Shown: one piece after another, positions 54,301-63,611 of the stretch
Layout of the letters: each line of letters starts with the position of its first letter
Position numbering within the stretch: the first letter of the stretch is position 1
DNA from: an uncultured Gammaproteobacteria bacterium
GTDB lineage: Bacteria; Patescibacteriota; Microgenomatia; 0-14-0-10-38-17
DNA length: 64,000 bases
Direction: 5' to 3'
NCBI GenBank assembly: GCA_964348895.1
Contig: CAYGEH010000001.1
Coordinates: 384,103-448,102 of the forward strand
Notes under the pieces: model-generated
Databases searched by the model: none
The model's input: the letters and a program-made list of their open reading frames with translations, nothing else
What the model was told of the DNA's origin: nothing
Translations under genes and position numbers: made by a program

Positions 54301-57300
54301 GGCAGTAATCCTCATTCTTTCAGTCGTCGCACCAATAGTGGAATCGATTCTAATCCTTAGACCATCACCCACATCGGTTGTTCTAATATCAATGAAGCCA
54401 GCTGGAATTGTTCCGTTCACAAGTCCCCCGAACAACCTCATTCCCGTTGCCCCAATGCTTGGGTCGCCGCCGAACATTAAATTCCCGTCTATATTATTAT
54501 TTGCATTAGGCAACAAAATATTTCCTGTGCCTAAGGCCAATCTTTGTCCCGGACTTGTTGTTCCAATCCCAACATTGCCTACCCCTGTTATTCTCATTAC
54601 TTCAGCTGCGGCTCTGTCAGCTGTGCCAGTAGCGCCGCCACCAGCAGTTTGAAAGATAATGCTTGAAGTTCCTAAGCCAGTAGCAAGACCCGAAGCAAGG
54701 GTTAAATCTCCGCCTGCTAAATTAGTGCCTCCAACAAAAGCACCACCAGCGTTAACCGTCAAAGCATTACCCACGCCACTTGCGGTTCTTCTTTCTAAGC
54801 CAATAGTTCTGGCTGTTTCACCCCCAAACCCTAAGACTCTAGTGGGAGAGATTGTTCCAATCCCGACATTACCAGCAAGAAGAAGATTGTTAATATTAAT
54901 TAAGTTGTCTGCGGCGAAGGAAATATTATTAGAGGCAGAGTTAATGGTGATATCACCGGAAGCGTTAGAAATTGTTGATGAAGCTCCGCCGATATCAAGC
55001 CTAGCTTGAGGATTTGTTGTCCCTATTCCCACATTGCCTCCAGGTGCAAAAAAAACTCTATCTATCCCTCCAGGCAAGAACCTTATGGCAGAGTCGAGTG
55101 TTCCTAGGACCATTTCTCTACCAGTGGTTTCGACATATAAACCAGGCATTGACCAAGCAGCGCCAACTCTCAAAACACCTGATCCAGTTTCAGCATTAAT
55201 AACACGCATTTGGGAGCCCTCTATTCTTGTTTCCCCCAAAACGTGCAACCTTGCCCCCGGTGTTGCTGTTCCAATACCAAAATTTCCGGTTGCGTCAATT
55301 CTTACTCTTTCCGTGTTCCCAGTGAACATTGCTAAGTTGTTTAAAGCTGGGCGATCAAAACCGACGCCGGGATCTATAATTGATAAGCTTCTTGTTGGTC
55401 CTGATGTTCCGATGCCGACGTTGCCAGCAGTTGTCAGTGAAATTGCAGCATTGGCAGGATCAAGAAAGAAATTGCTGTTAGCGCTGTCAATAAACGTTGC
55501 TGAAATCATTGATGTGAAAGCGTGAATTGTGCCAGAAGAGGTGGCGTTCCCTCGAATATCTAATGTCATCGCTGGGGTGGTGGTCCCTATGCCAACATTA
55601 CCCCCTGGTGTTTCAAAAATAGTGGAATTAATAATCGTGTCTGCGTCTAGCATTTTGGGAATATAGTTGGCTGAAGTACCAGAAAAGTCGACAAGAGAGG
55701 ACCCCCAAAAACGAGAATCAATTGTTCTTGTTTGTAAAAGACCAGATGAGTGAGTGACCACAGTGTTGGTCGAGCCGGCACCAAGAGTTTGGATTCTTGC
55801 TTCTCCGGCAACATCTAGTCTTACCCCCGGTGTTGCTGTCCCTATCCCGACATTACCCAGTTCATTAACCATTAAAGCTTCAACTCCTCGAGCAGTTACT
55901 CGTAAAGGTCTTAAGTTAGAACCAGTCGCCGTCGCCAGATTAAGAAGAGCCCCAGTCCCAGTGTTGTTGGCAGTATCAGCCAAAGTAAACAGATTAACTC
56001 CTGCTCCAGTTGCTGCTCCCCAAGTAAAGGCAGTAGTAAAAGCACCATGAGCAAGAGAGAGGTTACCATCAGGGGCAGTTAAAGCATTCCATCTTACGGT
56101 TACTGGAGACCAAACTGGAGCTGCTCCAGCTCCTTGAGAGGCTAAGAATTGACCACTTGTTCCAGCTGCACCTCCAGGCATTAAGGCTCCGCTAAACTGA
56201 AGATTACCAGAGACATCAAGTCGTTGAGCGGGAGAAAGAGTTCCTATGCCGACGCTATTACCGGCTGGATTAAAAACTAACGGTTCCCCACCCCAAGTTT
56301 GAATAGCCTTGTAAGTGCCGAAATCTCCTAAGGTAATACCATCATTAAGAGAGGGTCCAACAAGTAGAGCATAATTTGCCGGGTCGCTATTTGCTAACCC
56401 AGAAGAATCTCGAATAACACTTAGTCTTTGTGCCGGTGTCGTCGTCCCAATCCCTACATTGCCAGCAGTAGTAATGGAGATTCCCCCAGTATCACCAATA
56501 GTCCGAGTTGCTCCTCCCAAACCAAGGTTAGCTCCCAGGGTTGGAGTTCCCCCTAGGGTGTAAGTGCCTCCGACTACTCCAGAGAGAGTTGGAGTAGCAA
56601 TACTTGGTGAAGTCCCAAAGACTAGGAGTCCAGAACCAGTCTCATCAGCAACCGAGAGAGCCAGGTTAGCTGAACTAATAGTAGTTGCCAGAGTCCCCCC
56701 AGTAGTAGTGGTGACTAGTCGATCAGCGGCCAGACCAGAGAAGGTGATTGTACCTGAGGAGGCAATTCCGGTTGCTGCAGCAATAGCCCCAGCACTATTA
56801 ACTTGGAACTGAGAAGCCGAACCAACAGAGAAAAGGGAAGCGGGGGTGGTGGTGTTAATGCCGACGTTACCGGCTCCACTAATAGTCATAGCTTGACGAG
56901 TAGTTATTCCGTCAGAAACCCAGAAGTTAAGCTGAGATTGTGTTCCGCTCGCTACATAGTCAGATCTAATAAGAGCCCTGTTGGCGTCATTTTGAGCGTG
57001 TCTAAACTCTAACCCTGGAAAGGACACAAGATCAGGAGTATCCATAAGCATTCTTGCCTCAAAGCCTGATCTTAATATCGTTAGAGCACGGGTTGGTGTT
57101 GCTGTCCCTATCCCGACATTACCCAGTTCATTAACCATTAAAGCTTCAACTCCTCGAGCAGTTACTCGTAAAGGTCTTAAGTTAGAACCAGTCGCCGTCG
57201 CCAGATTAAGAAGAGCCCCAGTCCCAGTGTTGTTGGCAGTATCAGCCAAAGTAAACAGATTAACTCCTGCTCCAGTTGCTGCTCCCCAAGTAAAGGCAGT

Positions 57301-60300
57301 AGTAAAAGCACCGTGAGAAAGAGAGAGGTTGCCATCAGGGGCAATTAAGGCATTCCATCTTAAGGACGAAGCAGGAATAGTTGAAGTCCAAGCTGGAGCA
57401 ACCCCAGCTCCTTGAGAGACAAGAAATTGACCACTACCTCCAGCTGCACCACCAGGCATTAAGGCTCCGCTAAACTGAAGGTTACCAGAGACATCAAGTC
57501 GTTGAGCGGGGGAGAACGTGCCGATGCCGACGTTATCATTAATAATTCTCATCGTCATCCACTCGACTCTATTTCCAAAATTAAGAGCACCCCCCACATT
57601 TCGGTAGTTAATATCACCAGCGGCAGCATTATTAAACCACTGACCCCCGCTTTGTGAGAATCCAATCCAAGCATTAACGCCCGCCCCCCCTGAACCTATT
57701 CCAGAAGGTCCCGTAGTGGGCATATCTATCCAGCTTCCACTTGCTAAGGGAAAGTCTCTTATTTCTAGTCCCCCATCGAATATCGCTCTTCCTCCAGCTA
57801 CTTGTAATCTTGCCCCCGGTGTCGTCGTCCCTATCCCCACATTACCAGCAGTAGTAATAGATAGCCCCCCAGTATCACCAATAGTCCGAGTTGCTCCTCC
57901 AAGACCAAGGTTAGCTCCCAGGGTGGGAGTTCCCCCTAGGGTGTAAGTGCCTCCGACTACTCCAGAGAGAGTTGGAGTAGCAATACTTGGTGAAGTCCCA
58001 AAGACTAGGAGTCCAGAACCAGTCTCATCAGCAACCGAGAGAGCCAGGTTAGCTGAACTAATAGTAGTTGCCAGAGTCCCCCCAGTAGTAGTGGTGACTA
58101 GTCGATCAGCGGCCAGACCAGAGAAGGTGATTGTACCTGAGGAGGCAATTCCGGTTAGGTTAACTAAGGCTCCAGCGTTAGTTAAACGCTCAGTCCCAGC
58201 TGTTCTTAGGCCACCATCAATTAAGTTAAGAGAGAAAGAACCAGTTCCTAGATTATCTAAACCCAAGACATCAGCAGTAGTAGTATTTCTAGCAATAGCA
58301 ACAGGACTAGTTCCAGAAAGAGTCAGAGGAGTAGCTCCAGTTAGAGTTAAACCAGCAAAGGTGGGAGCGGCAGCGGTATGAATATCCTGAGGTAGGTTAA
58401 GAGTCCAAGTCCGACTAGCAGATAAGTCTTGAACGCCAGTGGGGGAGACAGTGACCCGATTGGCTGTTCCTACTATTTCTAAAGTCCGACTAGTCGGGAC
58501 CATGGTTCCAGCAACTAAGGTAGTATCTCCATCAGCTAAAGTCAGAGTCCGATTAGCAGTAAGAGTAGTTGGAGTTAGACTAACAGCAAAGCTACCCGTA
58601 CCCCCAGCTCGACCTTGAAGAACAACGGCATCTTGAGTGGCTGCAGTCTCTACTCTTAAAGCTCCTCCTTGTAGTTGGAGTCGGGCCAGGGTTGGTGTCG
58701 CTGTCCCAATGCCGACGTTACCCAGCTCTGTTATTGTCATTCTATCCACTAGGTTATTTAATCCAGACCCAGAAGTTCCCGCAGGAGCGGTTTGAAAAAT
58801 AACAGCTCCTCCAGGTCCCGTTCCGGTCCCTCTACCTCCTGCTATTTGTAGACCACCGCCTGGAATGTTAGAGCCCAAGCCTCCAGTTCCCTGTAGTGTG
58901 TAAGAAGTGGGGGAAGTGGCCGTTACCCCTTGTCCAAAATAAATATTGTTAATAGGAAAAGAAGATGAGCCAGCCACAAAAAGATTGGCAGCAGTGGCGT
59001 TAGCGGAACGACCAATGGCGATAGAAGCGGTGTTTCCCGAAGCTCCTTCTCCAAGAGTAACTCCGCTAGCACCACTAATAGCAGATCTTCCAATCGTTAC
59101 ACTATTTCCTTGTAGTCCAGAAACGCCTTGGCCAATAGCAACAGCGTTATGGCTGGCCGAAGCACCATGACCAATTACTAGACTATCATTTCCTATATTA
59201 GAAGCACTATGGCCTATGGCATAAGATCTTATGGCAGTAGCAGAAGCCCCAGTGCCGATAGCAAAAGATTGATCTGACCCTGTAGTAGAACCTAATCCAA
59301 TAGCAAGAGAACTTGTACCACTTGCGTTTGCATTTCTGCCGATAGCTAATGAGCTGTTACCAGCAGCAATTGCTCCAAAGCCGAATCTTTCGCTGTTCAC
59401 ACCAGATCCTGGGCTGGTGATATTGCCAACAACATGTAGGGCACTAAGTGGACTCGCTGTCCCTATCCCGACATTACCCAGTTCATTAACCATTAAAGCT
59501 TCAACTCCTCGAGCAGTTACTCGTAAAGGTCTTAAGTTAGAACCAGTCGCCGTCGCCAGATTAAGAAGAGCCCCAGTCCCAGTGTTGTTGGCAGTATCAG
59601 CCAAAGTAAACAGATTAACTCCTGCTCCAGTTGCTGCTCCCCAAGTAAAGGCAGTAGTAAAAGCACCATGAGCAAGAGAGAGGTTACCATCAGGGGCAGT
59701 TAAAGCATTCCATCTTAGTGAAGAAGCAGGAATAGTTGAAGTCCAAACTGGAGCTGCTCCAGCTCCTTGAGAGGCTAAGAATTGACCACTTGTTCCAGCT
59801 GCACCTCCAGGCATTAAGGCTCCGCTAAACTGAAGATTACCAGAGACATCAAGTCGTTGAGCGGGAGCGGGAACACCGATTCCTACATTGCCAGTAAAAA
59901 AGCCAGAGCTGTTAACACTAAGAGTACCAGCAATATTCGTGTTGCCAGCGTGGTCAACGGCAAATTTAGTGGTCAAAGGAGAACCAGAGGCAAGCCTTAG
60001 CAGATTATAGCCGGTGCCGCCAGTTCCAGCCTCAGCATAGATTAGCGATCCAGTGGTAATGTTGCTATTTTGGACAGTAAAAGAGTTATCGGTAGTAGTG
60101 CCAGAAAAAATCATTACCCGCCCTCTAGTATCAGTATCAGGCTGAATTAAAATATCGCCACCACCGACTCCACCAGTAGATTGAATGGTAATTGCTTCGC
60201 CTCTTAGACCAAAAGTGCCAGAGGTAGACTCAATGGATGGAGAAGGGGAGGCCAAAACAAGATTACCACTGGCATTAATTACAGGAATTGTGTTGGCTGT

Positions 60301-61194
60301 AGCTGAAGGGGTTGCGGGATAGCCTTGTAAAAAACGGGCATTATAAGCATAGCCAACGGTAGCAATTTGTTGGCGAGGCGTCATTTCGGCGTCGGTTCCA
60401 ATGGTAATTCCCAACCAAAGATTAACGTTTTCAGCAAAGATGTTTGGATTTATGGGATTAACACTCCCCATCATGGTGGTGAAAATGCCGTCCTGATTAG
60501 TGCTGATATTTTTATTTTCCGTCCAAAGAGGGGTGCCACCTGTGCTAGCGCTATAAATTTGAAAAGTTGCCGAAACAGTAGCGTGAATAGGGGTGCCGAC
60601 ACTATTAGTAAGTCGGCCCTGAAAAGAAATTAGATTTGGTGGTAGAGTAGGAAGAACAGCCAAAGAAGGCTCTTCGGGTGGTTGGGCAATAAATTGAGCG
60701 TAAATTCCCCAACCCAAAGCACCAATTAAAAGAGTGATTATTAAAAAGCTAAAATACTTTGTGATTGGCGACGATTTGATAGGGTGGAGAGATGCTTCTT
60801 CGAAAGAAGGCTGAGAGAATTTAGTTAGCCAATTGATCTTTAAGGCCTCTTCTTGCTGACCATACTCTCTTTTAATCCAACTTGCAAACTTATTTAAAGA
60901 AATCGCTTTTCTTCTTATAGTGGAAGGAGAAACACCCCTCTTTTTTAATTGTTCAAGATATTGACTGATCTTTTGTTCAGTAATTAATGGGCGATGAGAT
61001 TTCTGTTCTTTTGTTGGCCCTGAAACACAATCGAATGAGGTTTTAGTTTTAGAAGAGTAATGTTTACCTTGTGAGGAACGACCAAAAAAAGAAGGGCTTT
61101 TTATAGAACGATAAAAACCCAAAAAATGAAAAAAAGATAATTTTTTTTCTTTGGCAGATTGAATATGACGAGTCATTTCCCCTTTGACTATCAA
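51394..61194 (-). CDS. giant (3266 aa) Gly/Thr/Ala-rich repeat surface protein with an N-terminal cytoplasmic integrase-core-binding (SAM-like) domain and a TM helix
   Basis: Residues about 70-110 (ITEQKISQYLEQL...STIRRKAISLNKFASWI) fit the Phage_int_SAM/core-binding pattern. A TM helix follows (FSFLIITLLIGALGWGIY). More than 20 beta-helix-like modules carry a (L/A)GNVGIGT(A/T)TP motif, as in tail-fibre-like proteins. Confidence 0.6.
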   Translation of the reverse strand: MIVKGEMTRHIQSAKEKKLSFFHFLGFYRSIKSPSFFGRSSQGKHYSSKTKTSFDCVSGPTKEQKSHRPLITEQKISQYLEQLKKRGVSPSTIRRKAISLNKFASWIKREYGQQEEALKINWLTKFSQPSFEEASLHPIKSSPITKYFSFLIITLLIGALGWGIYAQFIAQPPEEPSLAVLPTLPPNLISFQGRLTNSVGTPIHATVSATFQIYSASTGGTPLWTENKNISTNQDGIFTTMMGSVNPINPNIFAENVNLWLGITIGTDAEMTPRQQIATVGYAYNARFLQGYPATPSATANTIPVINASGNLVLASPSPSIESTSGTFGLRGEAITIQSTGGVGGGDILIQPDTDTRGRVMIFSGTTTDNSFTVQNSNITTGSLIYAEAGTGGTGYNLLRLASGSPLTTKFAVDHAGNTNIAGTLSVNSSGFFTGNVGIGVPAPAQRLDVSGNLQFSGALMPGGAAGTSGQFLASQGAGAAPVWTSTIPASSLRWNALTAPDGNLSLAHGAFTTAFTWGAATGAGVNLFTLADTANNTGTGALLNLATATGSNLRPLRVTARGVEALMVNELGNVGIGTASPLSALHVVGNITSPGSGVNSERFGFGAIAAGNSSLAIGRNANASGTSSLAIGLGSTTGSDQSFAIGTGASATAIRSYAIGHSASNIGNDSLVIGHGASASHNAVAIGQGVSGLQGNSVTIGRSAISGASGVTLGEGASGNTASIAIGRSANATAANLFVAGSSSFPINNIYFGQGVTATSPTSYTLQGTGGLGSNIPGGGLQIAGGRGTGTGPGGAVIFQTAPAGTSGSGLNNLVDRMTITELGNVGIGTATPTLARLQLQGGALRVETAATQDAVVLQGRAGGTGSFAVSLTPTTLTANRTLTLADGDTTLVAGTMVPTSRTLEIVGTANRVTVSPTGVQDLSASRTWTLNLPQDIHTAAAPTFAGLTLTGATPLTLSGTSPVAIARNTTTADVLGLDNLGTGSFSLNLIDGGLRTAGTERLTNAGALVNLTGIASSGTITFSGLAADRLVTTTTGGTLATTISSANLALSVADETGSGLLVFGTSPSIATPTLSGVVGGTYTLGGTPTLGANLGLGGATRTIGDTGGLSITTAGNVGIGTTTPGARLQVAGGRAIFDGGLEIRDFPLASGSWIDMPTTGPSGIGSGGAGVNAWIGFSQSGGQWFNNAAAGDINYRNVGGALNFGNRVEWMTMRIINDNVGIGTFSPAQRLDVSGNLQFSGALMPGGAAGGSGQFLVSQGAGVAPAWTSTIPASSLRWNALIAPDGNLSLSHGAFTTAFTWGAATGAGVNLFTLADTANNTGTGALLNLATATGSNLRPLRVTARGVEALMVNELGNVGIGTATPTRALTILRSGFEARMLMDTPDLVSFPGLEFRHAQNDANRALIRSDYVASGTQSQLNFWVSDGITTRQAMTISGAGNVGINTTTPASLFSVGSASQFQVNSAGAIAAATGIASSGTITFSGLAADRLVTTTTGGTLATTISSANLALSVADETGSGLLVFGTSPSIATPTLSGVVGGTYTLGGTPTLGANLGLGGATRTIGDTGGISITTAGNVGIGTTTPAQRLSVIRDSSGLANSDPANYALLVGPSLNDGITLGDFGTYKAIQTWGGEPLVFNPAGNSVGIGTLSPAQRLDVSGNLQFSGALMPGGAAGTSGQFLASQGAGAAPVWSPVTVRWNALTAPDGNLSLAHGAFTTAFTWGAATGAGVNLFTLADTANNTGTGALLNLATATGSNLRPLRVTARGVEALMVNELGNVGIGTATPGVRLDVAGEARIQTLGAGSTNTVVTHSSGLLQTRTIDSRFWGSSLVDFSGTSANYIPKMLDADTIINSTIFETPGGNVGIGTTTPAMTLDIRGNATSSGTIHAFTSMISATFIDSANSNFFLDPANAAISLTTAGNVGIGTSGPTRSLSIIDPGVGFDRPALNNLAMFTGNTERVRIDATGNFGIGTATPGARLHVLGETRIEGSQMRVINAETGSGVLRVGAAWSMPGLYVETTGREMVLGTLDSAIRFLPGGIDRVFFAPGGNVGIGTTNPQARLDIGGASSTISNASGDITINSASNNISFAADNLININNLLLAGNVGIGTISPTRVLGFGGETARTIGLERRTASGVGNALTVNAGGAFVGGTNLAGGDLTLASGLATGLGTSSIIFQTAGGGATGTADRAAAEVMRITGVGNVGIGTTSPGQRLALGTGNILLPNANNNIDGNLMFGGDPSIGATGMRLFGGLVNGTIPAGFIDIRTTDVGDGLRIRIDSTIGATTERMRITAAGNVGIGTPSPSTALQVVGTVTATNFECSSCIDHGDMLYGTGATVLDMPTAGPVSMDVGLNDATFFPNIRTTADPDVNTLLQPRSLDSADTIARFRVLCNRSDAAWCGARDVGLRWRFITSSRDPEIFVLYDPVTDLIRGVWASEIQDLTILPLSFSQDSGWIPVQVTVFDDGLTTLGQLTDVDYIRNNYKITRYAKPTAIAESDELKVYPKSRGMRLLTNPEVYFGKLEYCVDCATRQAQLQSELEAKATSDPMITGSDLAENYQSITTTEPGDILSVSTNRLLDKSTSPYDNKLVGVVSTSPFQVMGGTENSNTRVALVGRVPVKVTTKNGPIKPGDPITSSDIPGVGMKATRAGQIIGKALETYNNPDPEAVGKILIFINLSWYDPDAYLASAGDLRLVNDGQPSSSAEQTNLDPFNFRLVRNSTGETINRIGAFAETITTELRAGLIQTTSLIVDNITATNINTQEKIISPVIETGTIQFDNQNATIKTTTQNSKISIVNSTDEPTAEFDTETKQTTLFGDLEVAGTTTATEIDSLKANFGDLLANNANLGQLEAESIKTQNLEVAQDATISGTLYVDRVVAREGGFGELLTKNISLDNIRAIVREEMLTQSQGNEENTQSNENNVQVHEEKTQNEEVDIKTLLAEVEGWLNLNTSSVLPVEDEVLFSSQEKEQINKGYVASLTEKLIHHGDLTVFGQVTTNSLAINSLSLTDGGVSNLNGTLYLQREGLGGLDILSGKIAIDIGGNVFIAHHLTVGGDLIAGNIRPHGGQDLVFNLANSTDQDSEGGAVQGESPLSINSELDPSSGFGELLVKGINQEVVAKINADGSAQFAGQVAVDSLAISTEKERPGMVVAASENFNNIGVWAPGIVTNASAGSAVLPVGQTDLVIYNENLTSDAMIFLTPTSTTQNQVLYLKNKVVETIEEVDPQTGEKITKTRRYFVVGVSRAINERISFNWWIIGNN
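55836..56262. repeat. intragenic direct repeat family A, copy 1 (about 430 bp)
   Basis: More than 95% identical to 57104-57530 and 59447-59873. Confidence 0.8.
56440..56775. repeat. intragenic direct repeat family B, copy 1 (about 340 bp)
   Basis: About 98% identical to 57818-58155 (GGVVSGVGTYTLGGTPTLGANLG... module). Confidence 0.8.
57104..57530. repeat. intragenic direct repeat family A, copy 2
   Basis: Near-identical to copies 1 and 3. Confidence 0.8.
57818..58155. repeat. intragenic direct repeat family B, copy 2
   Basis: Near-identical to 56440-56775. Confidence 0.8.
59447..59873. repeat. intragenic direct repeat family A, copy 3
   Basis: Near-identical to copies 1 and 2. Confidence 0.8.
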
Positions 61195-61404
61195 AAAATG
61201 TTAGTCTTATTAGCTTTTTGCTATAATTAAAATAGGGTCGGAGCGAACAAAAATAGCGTATATTCTAAATTCTGTTTCCCCCAGCTTTAGTTTTGTGCCT
61301 ATTCGTTCAATCCGACTCTATTTTTTGATTGATTATTTTTTTCACAGCAAGCTTATAGTTTTTATCAAAAACAAGGGTTTATTTATTATTTTTAGCGAAC
61401 ACAG

Positions 61405-61941
61405 CTATGATTTTGTTTTAGAAGAAAGCTCTTCGTTTTGTTTAAAATGATGAAAAGAAGAATAATCATCCTTAAGGCTGCAAAAAGACAGAAATCCTCG
61501 AACATCTGACAGGTAGTTTCGAATCGTAGAAGAACTTTTTCCCTCAACTTTTAAAGATTTGGCAAATTGATCTAAAACTTGCCAGGCGTCATTAGTTTCT
61601 TTTTTTTCGGGAATATTGGCTATTTTTTTACCACGGTTATTTGGGATCCAACCCTGGTTAACAAAGAAGTCGGATAATTTTCTTAAAGCAGAGAGTCGAC
61701 GGTTAATGGTTGCAACAGAAACATAATTATTTTTTAAAAAAACACTGTAATGGTTTAAAACAACTGGTGATATCTTTTGAGCTATTATGATAGATTCAGC
61801 TGAATCTAGTTCTGGATAAAAGCTTGCCAACCAACCCAGAAAGTGACGAATATCAATAAGATAATTTCTGGCTGTATTTTCAGCTATTTTTTGTGTTTTC
61901 AAATATAAGGAAAACGGCCGGAGGATTTTCTTTGAGTCCAT
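61405..61941 (-). CDS. small protein (178 aa) made of two tandem phage-integrase N-terminal SAM-like (core-binding) domains, with no catalytic domain
   Basis: Two copies of the S..T...Y...[IV]..FL.W/F pattern (ENTARNYLIDIRHFLGWL and SSSTIRNYLSDVRGFLSF). Lies immediately upstream of, and co-oriented with, the giant gene. Confidence 0.5.
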   Translation of the reverse strand: MDSKKILRPFSLYLKTQKIAENTARNYLIDIRHFLGWLASFYPELDSAESIIIAQKISPVVLNHYSVFLKNNYVSVATINRRLSALRKLSDFFVNQGWIPNNRGKKIANIPEKKETNDAWQVLDQFAKSLKVEGKSSSTIRNYLSDVRGFLSFCSLKDDYSSFHHFKQNEELSSKTKS

Positions 61942-62960
61942 AAGTTTATAAAAATAACCACAAGAAAGAAAAAGAAAAAATTAACAAAATTGCTAGAAAA
62001 TCAAGGATTTGAGAAAATGTTTCTTTTTTCATGCGGTAATCAAAAATTAGCTTTAGATTATCAAGATTATCAATTATTACAATAAGACTACACTATTAGA
62101 AAAAGCCTGTCAAGTAATACTTATCCTTATCGAAAGAAGGTTTGATATATTATGATTGAGACAAAAAAGCACAAAAACAACCACTTTTTAATTTTTAACT
62201 AAAAATAAACAAGACACAATTAACCGCAATAACTAAAAATATATTTTCACGTGGATTTCATTTCAAAATATAAGCATAATTTAATATCTATTAACATATC
62301 AAAATAATATAAAGATTGAATACTTTGCCTTTTTTTAATTTGCGGTAATTATTTATCCTTTTTTCTCTTTAATTAATTAATTTTTAAGAAAAATTATTAA
62401 TTCTCTTAATATTTTTAACCTAAAGAAAGTTAAAATCCCTATTTTTCCGATTTTTTTATTTATTTCTTTTTCAAGAGGGGAAAGAGAAATAAAATTACCG
62501 CCAAAAACAACAAATAAGGCTTTTTTCTTATGAGGCGCCGTTATTTTTCACCCTTTTAGCTATTTTCACGGGCCCTAGTTAGCTGGAGTCGGGCAAAATA
62601 AACAAACAATGCTATTTTTAGCAGTTAAATGTTTTATTTGACAGAAAATATTAACACAAACATTAGTTCAAAATATTGGAATAAAATATAATTTATTTAT
62701 TTTTTTATTGACTCAAGCTGGCCACCACTGTTCTTTGAGATAAATTTTTCTCTTTTAAAGAAAGAAAGAAAATTGTGGTGTGAAAAGGTTTATAGTATAT
62801 AACTAGAAGATTAAAAAAAGACAATAAAGATAAAAGAGGGGCCTACAACAACAAGCAAAGAAAAGAACACCATAGAAAATTAAGAAATATAGTGTGCTTA
62901 AAGAAGAGTGGTCTTGGAGTTGAAAAGAATAAGGGGGGCCTTTCTCAAATTAAACTTTGA

Positions 62961-63389
62961 TTATCTAAAATTAACGGTAAGCACTTGGGGAAGGGGTTGA
63001 CCGTCCGAATGAGCATTAATTTCATATCGACCAACAGCAGCACTGGTTAGATAAAAGATCGCTTGGCCAGTACTATCTGTCTTTGGCTGAGAGTTTTCTA
63101 TTTTTACAGCCTGATTGGCGGTTAGCTCAACCGTTCTTCCTTCAACCGCTAGGCCTTGATTGTCAAGAAGAAAAACACTAACCTTTATCCTTTCTTTATC
63201 GTTCGCTTTGGCTGTTAATGGAGAACCAAAGAAATAAGAATTTGCCGGAGAATAAACAACTTCTCTAAAGGCCGCTCCGCCCAAGAAAGTACGAGAGCGA
63301 ACTAAAAAGACTGCACCAGAAACAATTAGCAAAACAATGGCAGCAATAAGAATGGGTGTTAGGCTTCGTCTTTTCTTTGTCTCTTCCAT
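62961..63389 (-). CDS. membrane-anchored hypothetical protein with a beta-rich (Ig/carboxypeptidase-regulatory-like) ectodomain
   Basis: N-terminal TM helix (ILIAAIVLLIVSGAVFLV) followed by a beta-strand-like region. Confidence 0.35.
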   Translation of the reverse strand: MEETKKRRSLTPILIAAIVLLIVSGAVFLVRSRTFLGGAAFREVVYSPANSYFFGSPLTAKANDKERIKVSVFLLDNQGLAVEGRTVELTANQAVKIENSQPKTDSTGQAIFYLTSAAVGRYEINAHSDGQPLPQVLTVNFR

Positions 63390-63611
63390 AAAACAAGTGC
63401 CTTAGTGGTAGCATAAATTAAAAAACATAGTTTGTCAATAAGAGACAACGGCTAATGTTTTGCAAGAAAAAAAGACTAGAAAAGAAGAATATTCTTGTGT
63501 TGGTAACATCTTAAAAACAAATAAAAAGTGGCCTTTTTTAATGCGGTAATTAAGCGGAAATGAACAAATGTTGTTTTGTGCTAAAAGTTCATTTGTTTCT
63601 TGACTTTTGGT

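Noticed and set aside
51848-60633. Many 60-160-aa plus-strand ORFs inside the giant minus-strand gene (for example 54230-54652, 55034-55525, 57947-58381)
   Set aside because: They lie antisense to a GC-rich Gly/Ala/Thr/Pro-coding repeat gene, and several are duplicated simply because the DNA repeats are duplicated. They have no RBS and no independent support.
61942-62960. Possible CRISPR array or mobile element in the 1-kb gene-free AT-rich region
   Set aside because: There are no regularly spaced direct repeats of 25-40 bp, and no cas, transposase or integrase catalytic genes nearby. Only the short GCGGTAAT motif recurs.
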